A stretch of DNA of 64,000 bases from positions 5,440,001 to 5,504,000 of the forward strand of contig CBDCXR010000004.1 in the NCBI GenBank assembly GCA_965223845.1, written 5' to 3'. This DNA comes from Planctomycetota bacterium. GTDB taxonomy: Bacteria > Planctomycetota > UBA8108 > SXIK01. Positions 32,883 to 42,500 of the stretch are shown piece after piece. The first letter of the stretch is position 1. The number at the start of each line of letters is the position of its first letter. The notes under the pieces were generated by a model, which was not told the DNA's origin, did not search any database, and saw only the letters and a program-made list of their open reading frames with translations. The position numbers were made by a program, and so were the translations under genes.

Positions 32883-34553
32883 ATGCAAGCGACATCTCTA
32901 ACCGCTTTGACCGTGTCGCTCTTGGGATTCGCGACCGCCGGGAACGCCCAGGTGTTTCACAGCCACCCGAGCTTGACGTTCTCCCCGGAGCTGACCGTCG
33001 CCGAAGTCGACGAGCGCTCCGCATTCAACGCCGACCCCGACGGCGGAACGCCGGCGACGACGGGACGATCGAATCTGGCTCTCGCGGCGAACGGAGGCAT
33101 CGGATTCGAATCGAGTCGCATCTCTCAGAGTTACGGCGACGACAAGATCAACAACGGAGTGTACGGCGCAGTTCTCCCCGTCGCCGACGACGCGACCAGA
33201 CCCTGGATCAGCGCGTCGGACCAGCTCCAGGGTTTCGCGGGCGTCGCCCTCGGCTCCGCGTCAACCGTCGGAGCCATCGGCTTCGGGAGCCGCATTCCGG
33301 GTCGTTCCGACGGTCTCTTCACGCTTCAAGTCACTACCCAGAGTCTCGCCGGCGTCGATCTCGAAGACTCTGGTGCAACGGGCGCGCTCAGCTGGAAGTC
33401 CGTCGGCAGCCTCGAATCGACGACGGCGGGCGAGTTCGGCCGGCATGTCGTTCAGTTCGCTCCGGTCGCCGATGTCACCGCGGTCCGCGTCGTCGTCTCG
33501 CAGGCCGGCACGACCATCACCGAGATCGAGGCGTATAGCTCGGTCGACGTCGTCATCCGCGCGCCCGAGCTCGGCCTCCAGCCCGGACCGACGGAGTACA
33601 GCCGGGCCATCCTCGCCGACGGGCCTATCCACTACTACCGATTCGAAGAGACCGCCAAGAACCAGCTCGCACGCGACGAGGTCGGGGATCAACACGGCGT
33701 CTACTCAGGCGGGAGCAGCTCCGGCGGCAAGAGCGCCACGGGTGCTCTCGGCCGCGCCGCCACGTTTGACGGATATCCCGGGTCGTTCGTCGATTTAGGG
33801 ACCCCGTTTCACCCGGGGCCGACGATTTCCGTCGAAGCTTGGGTCAACGTTGACCCGGAATCCGTCGCCCGGTTCGGTCCCATCGCGGCGCGCTGGGATG
33901 GGAGTTTCGAGGTCGACTACGACGAGAATTCACAGTATCTGAACCTCGCGACCCGAAACGCGGCGAATGAGTTCAGCGTCGCCTGGAGTGTAGCCCCGAT
34001 TGCGAAAGGCGATTGGCATCACGTCGTGGGAATCTTCGAAAACGGCATCAGCACCGTCTACTTGAACGGAATCCGGGGACCTTCCCGTGACGTCTCCAAT
34101 ACCAGTCCGCTGCTTCAGGACGCGGGCGCGACCCTCTTGATCGGCGCGTCGCGCGATGGGAACGAATTCGTGTGGAACGGCCGCATCGACGAAGTCGCGT
34201 TCTACGACTACGCCCTGTCCGAGGATCAGATCCTCGACCACATCGCGGCTTCTGGGCGAGCGGACGAGATCGGACCGTTCAGCCGCGGCGATTGCAACAA
34301 CGACGGCGCCGCGAACATCGCCGACGGCATCTTCCTCCTCAACTTTCTCTTCGGGGACGGCGCTACGCCGCGGTGCGACGCGGCCTGCGATTCCGGAGCG
34401 GGAGGCAGCCTCAACATCGCAACTGCGATCTACCTCTTCAATCACCTCTTCGGCACCGGCGATCCTCCGCCGGCGCCGTTCGAGACCTGCGAAATCTCGG
34501 CGCGGGAAAGTGATCTCGCGGTCGGGTGTCAGAACCCCCAAAACTGTCGGTAG
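32883..34553 (+). CDS. Secreted protein C: discoidin-like domain, LamG, dockerin-like module (A/B chimera)
   Basis: AAGGAGG RBS; body closest to protein A; tail nearly identical to protein B. Confidence 0.87.
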   Translation: MQATSLTALTVSLLGFATAGNAQVFHSHPSLTFSPELTVAEVDERSAFNADPDGGTPATTGRSNLALAANGGIGFESSRISQSYGDDKINNGVYGAVLPVADDATRPWISASDQLQGFAGVALGSASTVGAIGFGSRIPGRSDGLFTLQVTTQSLAGVDLEDSGATGALSWKSVGSLESTTAGEFGRHVVQFAPVADVTAVRVVVSQAGTTITEIEAYSSVDVVIRAPELGLQPGPTEYSRAILADGPIHYYRFEETAKNQLARDEVGDQHGVYSGGSSSGGKSATGALGRAATFDGYPGSFVDLGTPFHPGPTISVEAWVNVDPESVARFGPIAARWDGSFEVDYDENSQYLNLATRNAANEFSVAWSVAPIAKGDWHHVVGIFENGISTVYLNGIRGPSRDVSNTSPLLQDAGATLLIGASRDGNEFVWNGRIDEVAFYDYALSEDQILDHIAASGRADEIGPFSRGDCNNDGAANIADGIFLLNFLFGDGATPRCDAACDSGAGGSLNIATAIYLFNHLFGTGDPPPAPFETCEISARESDLAVGCQNPQNCR

Positions 34554-34570
34554 TCGGCGAAGGAAAGACT

Positions 34571-36007
34571 TTGTTTGCGAACGTTTCGAACGCGCGGCGA
34601 ACCCGCGCGCGGCGGTGGTGGTGTGTGGTCTGGATCTTGAGTGTCTCGAGCGCGATCCCGATCGGACTCGATGTCCGTTCGCAGGCAGAGGACGGCGCCG
34701 CTCGACCACCCAACATCGTCCTCCTCCTCGTCGACGACCTCGGCTGGATGGATCTCGGCTGTCAGGGGAACGCGCGAGTCGACACCCCCCACATCGACCG
34801 GCTCGCGAGTGAAGGAATTCGGTTCACGGACGGATACTCCGCGTCGCCCGTTTGCTCGCCGACGCGCGCGGCGATTCTCACCGGTCAGAATCCGGCGAGA
34901 CTTCGAATCACGAATCACATTCCCGACCAAAAGCGCTTTCTTCCCGACAACGCCGAGTGGCTGCCGGCGGAGATGAAGAACGAGCTCGCGGCCGACTACG
35001 AAACGATCGCGGAGCGACTGAAAACGGCCGGCTACGCGACGGGCTTCTTCGGCAAGTGGCATCTCTCCGGGCCGTCCGGGCGAGGTGGACGAGGAAACGA
35101 AGCGGTCTATCCGGAAGCCCAGGGATTCGACGCGAATGTCGGCGGCTGCTCCTACGGTGGTCCGCCGACGTTTTTCGATCCCTACCGCATCCACAACCTG
35201 CCGCCGCGGAAGAAGGGAGAGTATCTCCCCGATCGACTCATCGACGAGGCGCTCGGATTCGTCGATCGCGATCGCTCGAAGCCGGTGTTCCTTTCGCTCT
35301 GGTTCTACACGGTCCACTGGCCGATGGAGGCCCCGGCGCCGCTCATCGAGAAATATCAGGATCGACTCGGACCCGGCCTCAAGGACGCGCGCTACGGCGG
35401 AATGATCGAAGCGCTCGACAACGCGGTCGGACGACTCCTCGACGAGCTCGACAAACGCGACCTCACGGATTCGACGCTCGTCGTCTTCACGTCCGACAAT
35501 GGCGCGTTCCTCGGCGTCGGCGACATCCGCCCGCTCCGCCTCGGGAAGGGTTACCTCTACGAAGGCGGGATCCGCGTCCCGTGGATCATCCGCTGGCCGG
35601 GAGTGGTGAAGCCGGGGACGGTCTCGTCGACACCGATCGTGAGCACGGATCTCTTTCCGACGTTCCTCGAAGCCGCCGGGCTCGAAGCACGGACGGACGT
35701 GCCGCTCGACGGCGTGAGCCTTGTGCCGCTACTTCGCGGAGGCACTCTCAAGGAGCGCGCGCTTCACTTCCACTACCCGCACTACGCCTGGCACCGGAGC
35801 AACCGGCTGGGGAGCGCAATCCGAGAGGGCGACTGGAAGCTGATCGAGTGGCTCGACGACGGGTCGGTCGAGCTCTACAACCTCGCTGCGGACCTCGGGG
35901 AAGAGAAGAACTTGGCTCCGTCGGACAAGGGGCGCGCACAGTCCATGCGCGAGCGACTCGCTCGCTGGAGGGAGTCGGTGGGGGCTGGGATGCCTCGGCG
36001 GAGATGA
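34571..36007 (+). CDS. Formylglycine-dependent sulfatase (S1 family)
   Basis: PNIVLLLVDDLG, CSPTRAAILTG (CxPxR), GKWHL, FTSDNG, YEGGIRVP. The start is uncertain (TTG 34571 after AAGGAAAG). Confidence 0.93.
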   Translation: MFANVSNARRTRARRWWCVVWILSVSSAIPIGLDVRSQAEDGAARPPNIVLLLVDDLGWMDLGCQGNARVDTPHIDRLASEGIRFTDGYSASPVCSPTRAAILTGQNPARLRITNHIPDQKRFLPDNAEWLPAEMKNELAADYETIAERLKTAGYATGFFGKWHLSGPSGRGGRGNEAVYPEAQGFDANVGGCSYGGPPTFFDPYRIHNLPPRKKGEYLPDRLIDEALGFVDRDRSKPVFLSLWFYTVHWPMEAPAPLIEKYQDRLGPGLKDARYGGMIEALDNAVGRLLDELDKRDLTDSTLVVFTSDNGAFLGVGDIRPLRLGKGYLYEGGIRVPWIIRWPGVVKPGTVSSTPIVSTDLFPTFLEAAGLEARTDVPLDGVSLVPLLRGGTLKERALHFHYPHYAWHRSNRLGSAIREGDWKLIEWLDDGSVELYNLAADLGEEKNLAPSDKGRAQSMRERLARWRESVGAGMPRRR

Positions 36008-36025
36008 CGGTCTCGGTGAAGATTT

Positions 36026-36271
36026 CACACGAAGAGCGCGAAGGACCGCGAAGGAAGACGAAGGAAGAGATAAGAGTAAGAGAGAGAGTGTGTGTGAGTG
36101 CGTGGAGATACTTGTAACGCCCACACCTTGGACTCGACGTCAGCCGAAACAGCATCGTTTCCGCGCAAACACGTGCGACCGCAGATCAATCTCTCTGACT
36201 TTGCTTTCTCAAATCCTCAATTCCTTGCTCTTATTTCGTCTTCCTTCGCGGTCCTTCGCTCCCTTCGTGTG
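36026..36271. repeat. REP/REPIN-like element copy 3
   Basis: Left arm 36026-36062 CACACGAAGAGCGCGAAGGACCGCGAAGGAAGACGAA; right arm 36235-36271 is the reverse complement with two mismatches; lies between convergent genes. Confidence 0.85.
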
Positions 36272-36290
36272 AATCTCACGCGTCAGAAAT

Positions 36291-39200
36291 CTACGGACAC
36301 TTGTCGTAGAGATCACACCCGAGCGAGCCGGCCGGATTTGGATCTGCACCGCACTGCCACCCGTCCTCGCCCGCGCCGTCGATCGCTGGGGGTCCGTCGC
36401 CGAAGAGTCGGTTGAGCCCGTAGATCGCGTCCGCGATGTTGTACGAGTTGTCACCGTTCAGATCACCCGCTTCGGCGCACGTCGGCGGACTTCCGTCGCC
36501 GAAGAGACCGTTCAGCATGTAGATCATGTCTGCGATGTTCACGGCGCCGTCGTTGTTGACGTCGCCGCGGCGGATCTGATCCGGCGGCGGAGGCGGCTCA
36601 CCTCCACCCAGGATGAACGCGCTCGCGAACGTGCCGTGATCGCAGCCGTCGCCTCCGTTCGAGCCGGTCGCGAGGGTCAAGTATTGCGCGCTCGAGATAT
36701 CGACCGTGATCGTTTCGCCGAAGTTGGACGTCGCGTTCGTCGTCAGCGCTTCGATGACCCCCTCCGCGTCACTACTCGTGATTACGTAGAGGTTGACGTC
36801 GCCGTTACAGCCGTCCATTCCCCACATCGTGGAGAACGTCCCCGCGGCGTCGTTCCCGTGCTCGGCGCGGATCGCAGAGAGGTCGTAGGTGATTCCCCCC
36901 GCGGAGTGAAGGCCGACCCCCGACGTGTGCGTTTGGCCACCAGTAAGGAAGCCAGCACCGTCCGCCCAGACGCCCCCGGCGGAATCGCGGAGGATGTGGT
37001 TCCAGAGCGAGCCGAAGCCGTCCTCGCTGGGGAATTCGTACTCGATTCCGCTCTGCGTGAGGAGCTGCGGCAGAATCTCGCCCGGCGGAAGATCGCGCTC
37101 CCCAAGAATGAACACACTGTCGACAAAGTCGGTCTCGTCGACAGGAGAGGGGTCGAGACCGTCGCCCTCGAAGTCCGCTTCGAAAATGTGGCCGCCGATC
37201 GGCGTTAAAGCAAAGAGCCCGTTCCGCGGATCGATGCCGATGTTCTCGGCCGGCGCCGTCCCCGTGCCGTCGCCGCCGGCGGTGATGTCCCCGAGGTGCA
37301 GAAGCCGGCCGACCGTGACCGAAATCTCAGCCTCGATGTCGCCGAGGCTAGCGGTGATCGTCGTCTGTCCGCCCTTGAGTCCCTTGATAACGCCGTCTTC
37401 GACGACGGCGACCGTCGCGTCTTCCGGCGTGAAGGTGACGTCCGCGATATCGACGACGATCGGAAGGCCCGTGAATGGATCCGGCCCGGCGAGCGTCCCC
37501 GAGACCGAGACGGCCTGCTCACCGCCGATGTCGAGCGTCACCGACGAAGGCGCGACGATCAGCTCCCCGACGTTCGTCGTATCGATGCCCTCCTCGGTAA
37601 TGCGCGCGAGCCCGAACGCGCCGTGGTCGCTTCCGATGCCGTTTCCGGCGGCGCCGACGGCGAAGGTGAGGAAGACTGCAGTCGGCGGAATCTCCATCTG
37701 GACGAGCGCGCCCGAATCCGTCGCCCCGAGAACCGCGCGGCTGTCGATGACACCGTCCGCGTCCGCGAGAATGACGTAGCTGTTGACGAGACCGTTCGGT
37801 TGCCCACTCGCCTCGCCGGCGATCGCGGAGACGAACTTCACCGCGTCTTCGCCGTGCTCGGCGCGCATCTCGTCGAGATCGAACGTAATCCCCTGTGCCG
37901 CGTGGAGACCGATCCCCTCGTCGAAGGGTCCGGCGACCCCGAAGCTCAGGCTGTCGGGACCGCCCGGTTCGCGTCCCTTGAGGATCGCTTCCCAGCCCTG
38001 CGCCGCATCGCCGTCGGCGAAGTCGAACACGATCTCTTCGGTGGAAATGACCTGGCCGACCGCTACGTCCATCACGAAGACGGAATCGATAAGCGGCGAG
38101 TCGGGAACTGGTTCCGGATTGACGAAGTTCGTATCGTTCACGTCGGCGTTGAAGCGCGCCTGGACGAACATGCCGAGGTCGGCCTCGATGCCGATGTTCT
38201 CGACCGGAGCATTCCCGATTCCGGTTCCGCCCGCGACGATGTCGCCGAGATCGATGTAACCCTTCCCCGCCACGGTCACGGCCGCTTCGGCGGAGAGCGC
38301 GCCGTTCTGCGCCGTGAGCGTTGCCTCACCGGCACCGGTCGCGGTCACGAGGCCATCGGCGCTCACGTCGACGATCCCGGCTGGATCGGCGGAATACGTC
38401 GTCCCTTCGGCGCCCGCGGTCACATCCGTCGACAAGCCGAGGTTGTCGATGCGGAGAACGCTGATCTGCGTGAACGCGCCCGGCGCGAGATCGATCGTGT
38501 CCGGCACGATGCGGAGCTCGACTGGCTCCGGCGCCTCACACACACCCGGGTCAATCTGCGCGATCGCGAACGTCCCGTGGTCGCATCCGTCCCCACCGTT
38601 TGAGCCGGTAGCGAGCGTGAGATACTCGGCGCCCGCGGGGAGATCGACCTGAAGAAACTCGCCGCCATTCTGCGTGAAGTTGCCGGAGAAACTCTCGATG
38701 ACGCCGTCCGCCTCGCTGCTCACGACCACATAGAGGTTGACGTCTCCGCCGCACGCATCCATGCCCCAAACGGTCGAAAAGCACGAGCCGCCCTCGATCC
38801 CGTGCGCGGCGCGCAGCGCGTTCAGGTCGTACGTGATTCCGCCGGCCGCGTGGAGGCCGACGCCGCTCGTGTGTTCGATCCCACCGGTGAGAAACGGGTT
38901 GCCGCCAGCCCATGCTCCTCCGGCCGAATCGCGAAGGATGTGATTCCACAGTGAGCCGAAGCCGTCGGCCGCGGGAAACTCGAACTCGATCCCGCTCTGC
39001 GTGATGCCCTGAACGATGATCTCGCCGAGATCTTCCGGCGGCTCGAGGATGAACACTGAGTCGATGAAGTCCGATTCGTCGACGGGCGACGGGTCGAGAC
39101 CATCCGCTTCGGGATCCGCCTCGGTGATGTGCCCATTGATCGGCTCCGTCGCGAACATGCCGTTCCGCGGATCGACGCCGACGTTCTCCGCCGGGGCCGT

Positions 39201-39341
39201 ACCCGTGCCGTCGCCGCCGGCGGTGACATCGCCGAGCTGAATCGTCTGCGCGGACGCGCGGTGCGCCGCCGACATGAGCAAGATCCCTAACAACAAGCAG
39301 CATCCGCACGCGAATCGGCGTACGCCGAGAGAGCGACTCAT
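36291..39341 (-). CDS. Secreted protein with three NPCBM/NEW2-like repeats, two Big_2-like Ig domains and dockerin-like module
   Basis: GGAGG RBS before ATG 39341; signal peptide ASA-Q; three repeats starting LGD(V/I)xAGG with G(V/I)GLH(A/S)AxGITxDL; VSADGLVTA..GEATLTA Ig-like; RRGDVNNDGAVNIAD tail. Confidence 0.82.
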   Translation of the reverse strand: MSRSLGVRRFACGCCLLLGILLMSAAHRASAQTIQLGDVTAGGDGTGTAPAENVGVDPRNGMFATEPINGHITEADPEADGLDPSPVDESDFIDSVFILEPPEDLGEIIVQGITQSGIEFEFPAADGFGSLWNHILRDSAGGAWAGGNPFLTGGIEHTSGVGLHAAGGITYDLNALRAAHGIEGGSCFSTVWGMDACGGDVNLYVVVSSEADGVIESFSGNFTQNGGEFLQVDLPAGAEYLTLATGSNGGDGCDHGTFAIAQIDPGVCEAPEPVELRIVPDTIDLAPGAFTQISVLRIDNLGLSTDVTAGAEGTTYSADPAGIVDVSADGLVTATGAGEATLTAQNGALSAEAAVTVAGKGYIDLGDIVAGGTGIGNAPVENIGIEADLGMFVQARFNADVNDTNFVNPEPVPDSPLIDSVFVMDVAVGQVISTEEIVFDFADGDAAQGWEAILKGREPGGPDSLSFGVAGPFDEGIGLHAAQGITFDLDEMRAEHGEDAVKFVSAIAGEASGQPNGLVNSYVILADADGVIDSRAVLGATDSGALVQMEIPPTAVFLTFAVGAAGNGIGSDHGAFGLARITEEGIDTTNVGELIVAPSSVTLDIGGEQAVSVSGTLAGPDPFTGLPIVVDIADVTFTPEDATVAVVEDGVIKGLKGGQTTITASLGDIEAEISVTVGRLLHLGDITAGGDGTGTAPAENIGIDPRNGLFALTPIGGHIFEADFEGDGLDPSPVDETDFVDSVFILGERDLPPGEILPQLLTQSGIEYEFPSEDGFGSLWNHILRDSAGGVWADGAGFLTGGQTHTSGVGLHSAGGITYDLSAIRAEHGNDAAGTFSTMWGMDGCNGDVNLYVITSSDAEGVIEALTTNATSNFGETITVDISSAQYLTLATGSNGGDGCDHGTFASAFILGGGEPPPPPDQIRRGDVNNDGAVNIADMIYMLNGLFGDGSPPTCAEAGDLNGDNSYNIADAIYGLNRLFGDGPPAIDGAGEDGWQCGADPNPAGSLGCDLYDKCP

Positions 39342-39432
39342 CTCAATCCTCCGAGAACGAGACCCAGTTCGAAACTCGACTCCAAGACCACTCAGGATGT
39401 TGCGCGCAAGGCGGCGCCGACAACCCGAAGTG

Positions 39433-39456
39433 GCGATTGTCCCCGGGGACAGTCGC
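39433..39456. promoter_or_regulatory. 24-bp near-perfect palindrome upstream of the NPCBM-like gene
   Basis: GCGATTGTCCCCGGGGACAGTCGC has one mismatched pair; lies ~90 bp upstream of ATG 39341. Confidence 0.4.
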
Positions 39457-39515
39457 GGAGGCAAACAATCCTCACCCCCTCTCGAGCGAGGAGATCGCGG
39501 AGGCGCGTCCGCCCT

Positions 39516-42500
39516 TCAGTTTCGACAGACGTACCGGGTGCAGCCCAAGAGATCCGGCGTCGGATCCGGTCCGCAGATGCTCGGCGACGGCATTTCCACT
39601 CCCCCGAAGAGGTGCTGGAGGATCGAGATCGCGTCGGAGAGGTTGATCGATTCGTCGTCGTTCGCGTCAGCGGTCTTTTGACACTGCGGCGCCGGTTCGC
39701 CCTGAAACAAATGTCCGAGGAGGCGCATGGCGTCCGCCAAGTTCACCCGGCCGTCGATGTTCGTATCGCCGCGCACGTACTCCTTCGAACGACTGATTTG
39801 TCGGCGCGACTCGTCGGTCACCGTCCCCTGTCCGATCCGAGCGAATTGTTCGTTCAGATAAAAGACTTCTTGCGTATCGAAGAGCTCGTCGGGAACGGCG
39901 ATCTCGACGACGGCGACCGGCTCAGGAAGACCGTCCATCGGGACCGGCTCGTCGAGCAGGACCCAGTAGCGGACACCGAGGTTGTGCCGACCGGCCGTAT
40001 ACACGAGTCGCCAATAGTCTTCGACGACCATCAACTCCTCCGACTCGGCGTCGAGTATGAGCTCCGCCTTGACGAGTGCCGCCGGCCCAGTCGCCGTAAT
40101 GTCCTCGACCGGCGCGAAGCGTTCGGTCATGCGGAATCGCGGACCTTCTTCCGTCAGGACCTCGACGTGCCAAAGCGGGAGCGTGTCGTAGGTGCAGGAC
40201 CGGTACTCGACGGCGAGCGGGGCTTGATTCTCTTCCTCGAGCGTCGCGTCGACAGAGACCAAGCCGGACGCGAGGAGATCACTCAGAGTCCGACGCGAGC
40301 CGGCCCCGTTCCGTGCCGGCACGCCGAACCGCAATCGGCTGAAGCGGAGGATAAGCTCTCGGCCGTCCGGCAATAGGAACGACTGCTCGTAGTCGAACTC
40401 GAAAACTGGCGACGCGGGAGTGCCGATGCGAGAAAAGCGGAAGCGGCCAGGGCTCGCCGGCTCACCGAGCACGCGCTCGGGACCGAATTCGACCGACTCG
40501 ACGAGATCGTAGTGCGTGATGCGTTGCGTCGTCGGAAGCTCGTATTCGCCCGCCGGAAGACGAATCCGGCTCTTCAGCTCGTAGGTCTCCTGCGGTTTCC
40601 GGCCGACCACGAACGCGCCGCAGAGATCGAGATCTTCCGGCACATCGACGAAGAGTGTGGGCGTCGGCGGGACCTCGGCGTTCGAGAGGAACGGCCGGAC
40701 CTGCTTGACGGCGAGCGCACCCTCTTGATCGATCTTGAACTCGACATCGAGCATGATGCTGAGTGGATTCTTGTCGCCGAGATCGAGGGGAAACTCCGCC
40801 TCGAGATGCGAGAGCAGTCGACCGAGCTCTCGCAGCTGCTCGTCGTCGAGCACGGACTCCCCGGGCGCAGTCAATGACGACGATGCGGAGCGCTCGATGT
40901 CGATCACCTCACCGTTCTCGAGACTGAGCAGTGTTTTCTCCGGGATCTCCCCCGGTTCGGGGCTCACGACGCTTCGCTCGCCGATCTGGGCGGTGATGAT
41001 GAAGCGTTCGTCGAGAACGTCGAGGGGATTGCCCGTGAATGCGACTCCGTTCGCTCTCTCACTAGAGAACGCGCGGCTGACGAGAATTCCCATCCCCACT
41101 CGGTCCTGCGGCACGGAGAAAAACTCGCGCTCTTCGAACGCGCGGAAGTTCCACAGGCTCGCCCAGACGATCCGGAGCGCACGCGCGACACCCCGCTCGT
41201 CCCGCCGCGCGGCGTCGCAGTGAGAGGGACCGTTCGCGTCCGCGTCGAGGTCATCGGCCGCGCAGCCCGATGTCGACGCATAGAGCCCCGCACCGTTGAA
41301 CTCGAGCGCGTCTTCGACGTTCGACGAGGAGCGAAACCGAACGGCGTTTTGAGTGCTCCCGAACTCGGTCGCGATCTTGAGCGCGATTCGCCGAACGAGG
41401 CTTCCGTCGACGACACTTTCGTTCTCGATGTGCTCGCGCAAGTTCTTCAGCGCATCGAAGCGAAACGCCGGGCTCGTACGAAACTCGTTGTCGTCGAGAA
41501 GCTCCGCGACGTACTCCGCGTAGGAGACTTCGCGGCCCTCGTCGAGATACGACGGGATCCGATTGGACTCCATGAACTCGAGGTAGGGCTGGATGGGGAT
41601 CGCGAAGCCCCGCGCGCGGTACCGTTCGAATTCGCCGGTCATCACCGTCTGCATGACGGCGAAATTCGTCGCCTTTCCTCCGAAGCGTCTCACGGCGTTC
41701 CCGAGCTCAGCTTGAGCGGCGATAGCTTCGAGTCCGGTCAGATCCGAGTACTCGAGATCGATCTCGGGTGCGACCGAGAGCTGCTTTCGGTTCTCTCTCC
41801 ACCAGCGCTCCGCCTCCTCGACGTTCGCGCGCCCGACGGTGTACGTTTCGTCGGTCACCTCGAGTCGAACGAGCTCGCCGTCGTGGGCAGCGAACGCCGC
41901 GGCGGCGTTCCGAACGAAGGCATTCGGCGTCCCACGCCGAGCCGTCCGGATCGCGAGGTGACTCAGCTCGCCTTGAGGCTCCCCGGTGATCACTCCTCCG
42001 ATCACTCCTTCGATGTCGCGCGGCGATCGTTCGAGAACGAGGATCTCCTGAAAGCTGATTCCGCCGGCTTCGTTGAGAGCGCGGAACCCGTCTGCATCCA
42101 AGACTCGCACTCGGCCGTAGGCAACACCCGATGTGTACGGAATGAACTCGACGCCGCTCGTAAACTCTTCGAACACGACGGGGAAGTCGACATCTCCCCA
42201 GCTCTCGGCGTTCTCGCGCGTCGCCTCGTCGGCGGGAAAGTAGACGAGCTCTCCGAGCGGCAGAAGCGGCTCGAGCTGCGCGTAGAGCGCGGCGACTTCG
42301 TCGCGCCGCGGGAGCTCGCGCGCGTCCGCGTCGTAGCCCGTGATCACGTGGAATCCGTACAGGCGCTTCGAATCGATCCGGAGCTGATACAGATTGCCGA
42401 TGAAATAGTCGCGCGTCGCCCGCCTCGAGACCAGCTGCTCGTAAACTTCGAACGTAAGCCCATCGAAGCGCTCGGGGAACGTCTCGCGAAGGAACTCGAG

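Noticed and set aside
32098-34568. Near-identical 3' ends of B and C as a DGR template/variable repeat pair
   Set aside because: Mismatches are mostly synonymous and not adenine-specific, both copies are coding, and there is no reverse transcriptase in the window.
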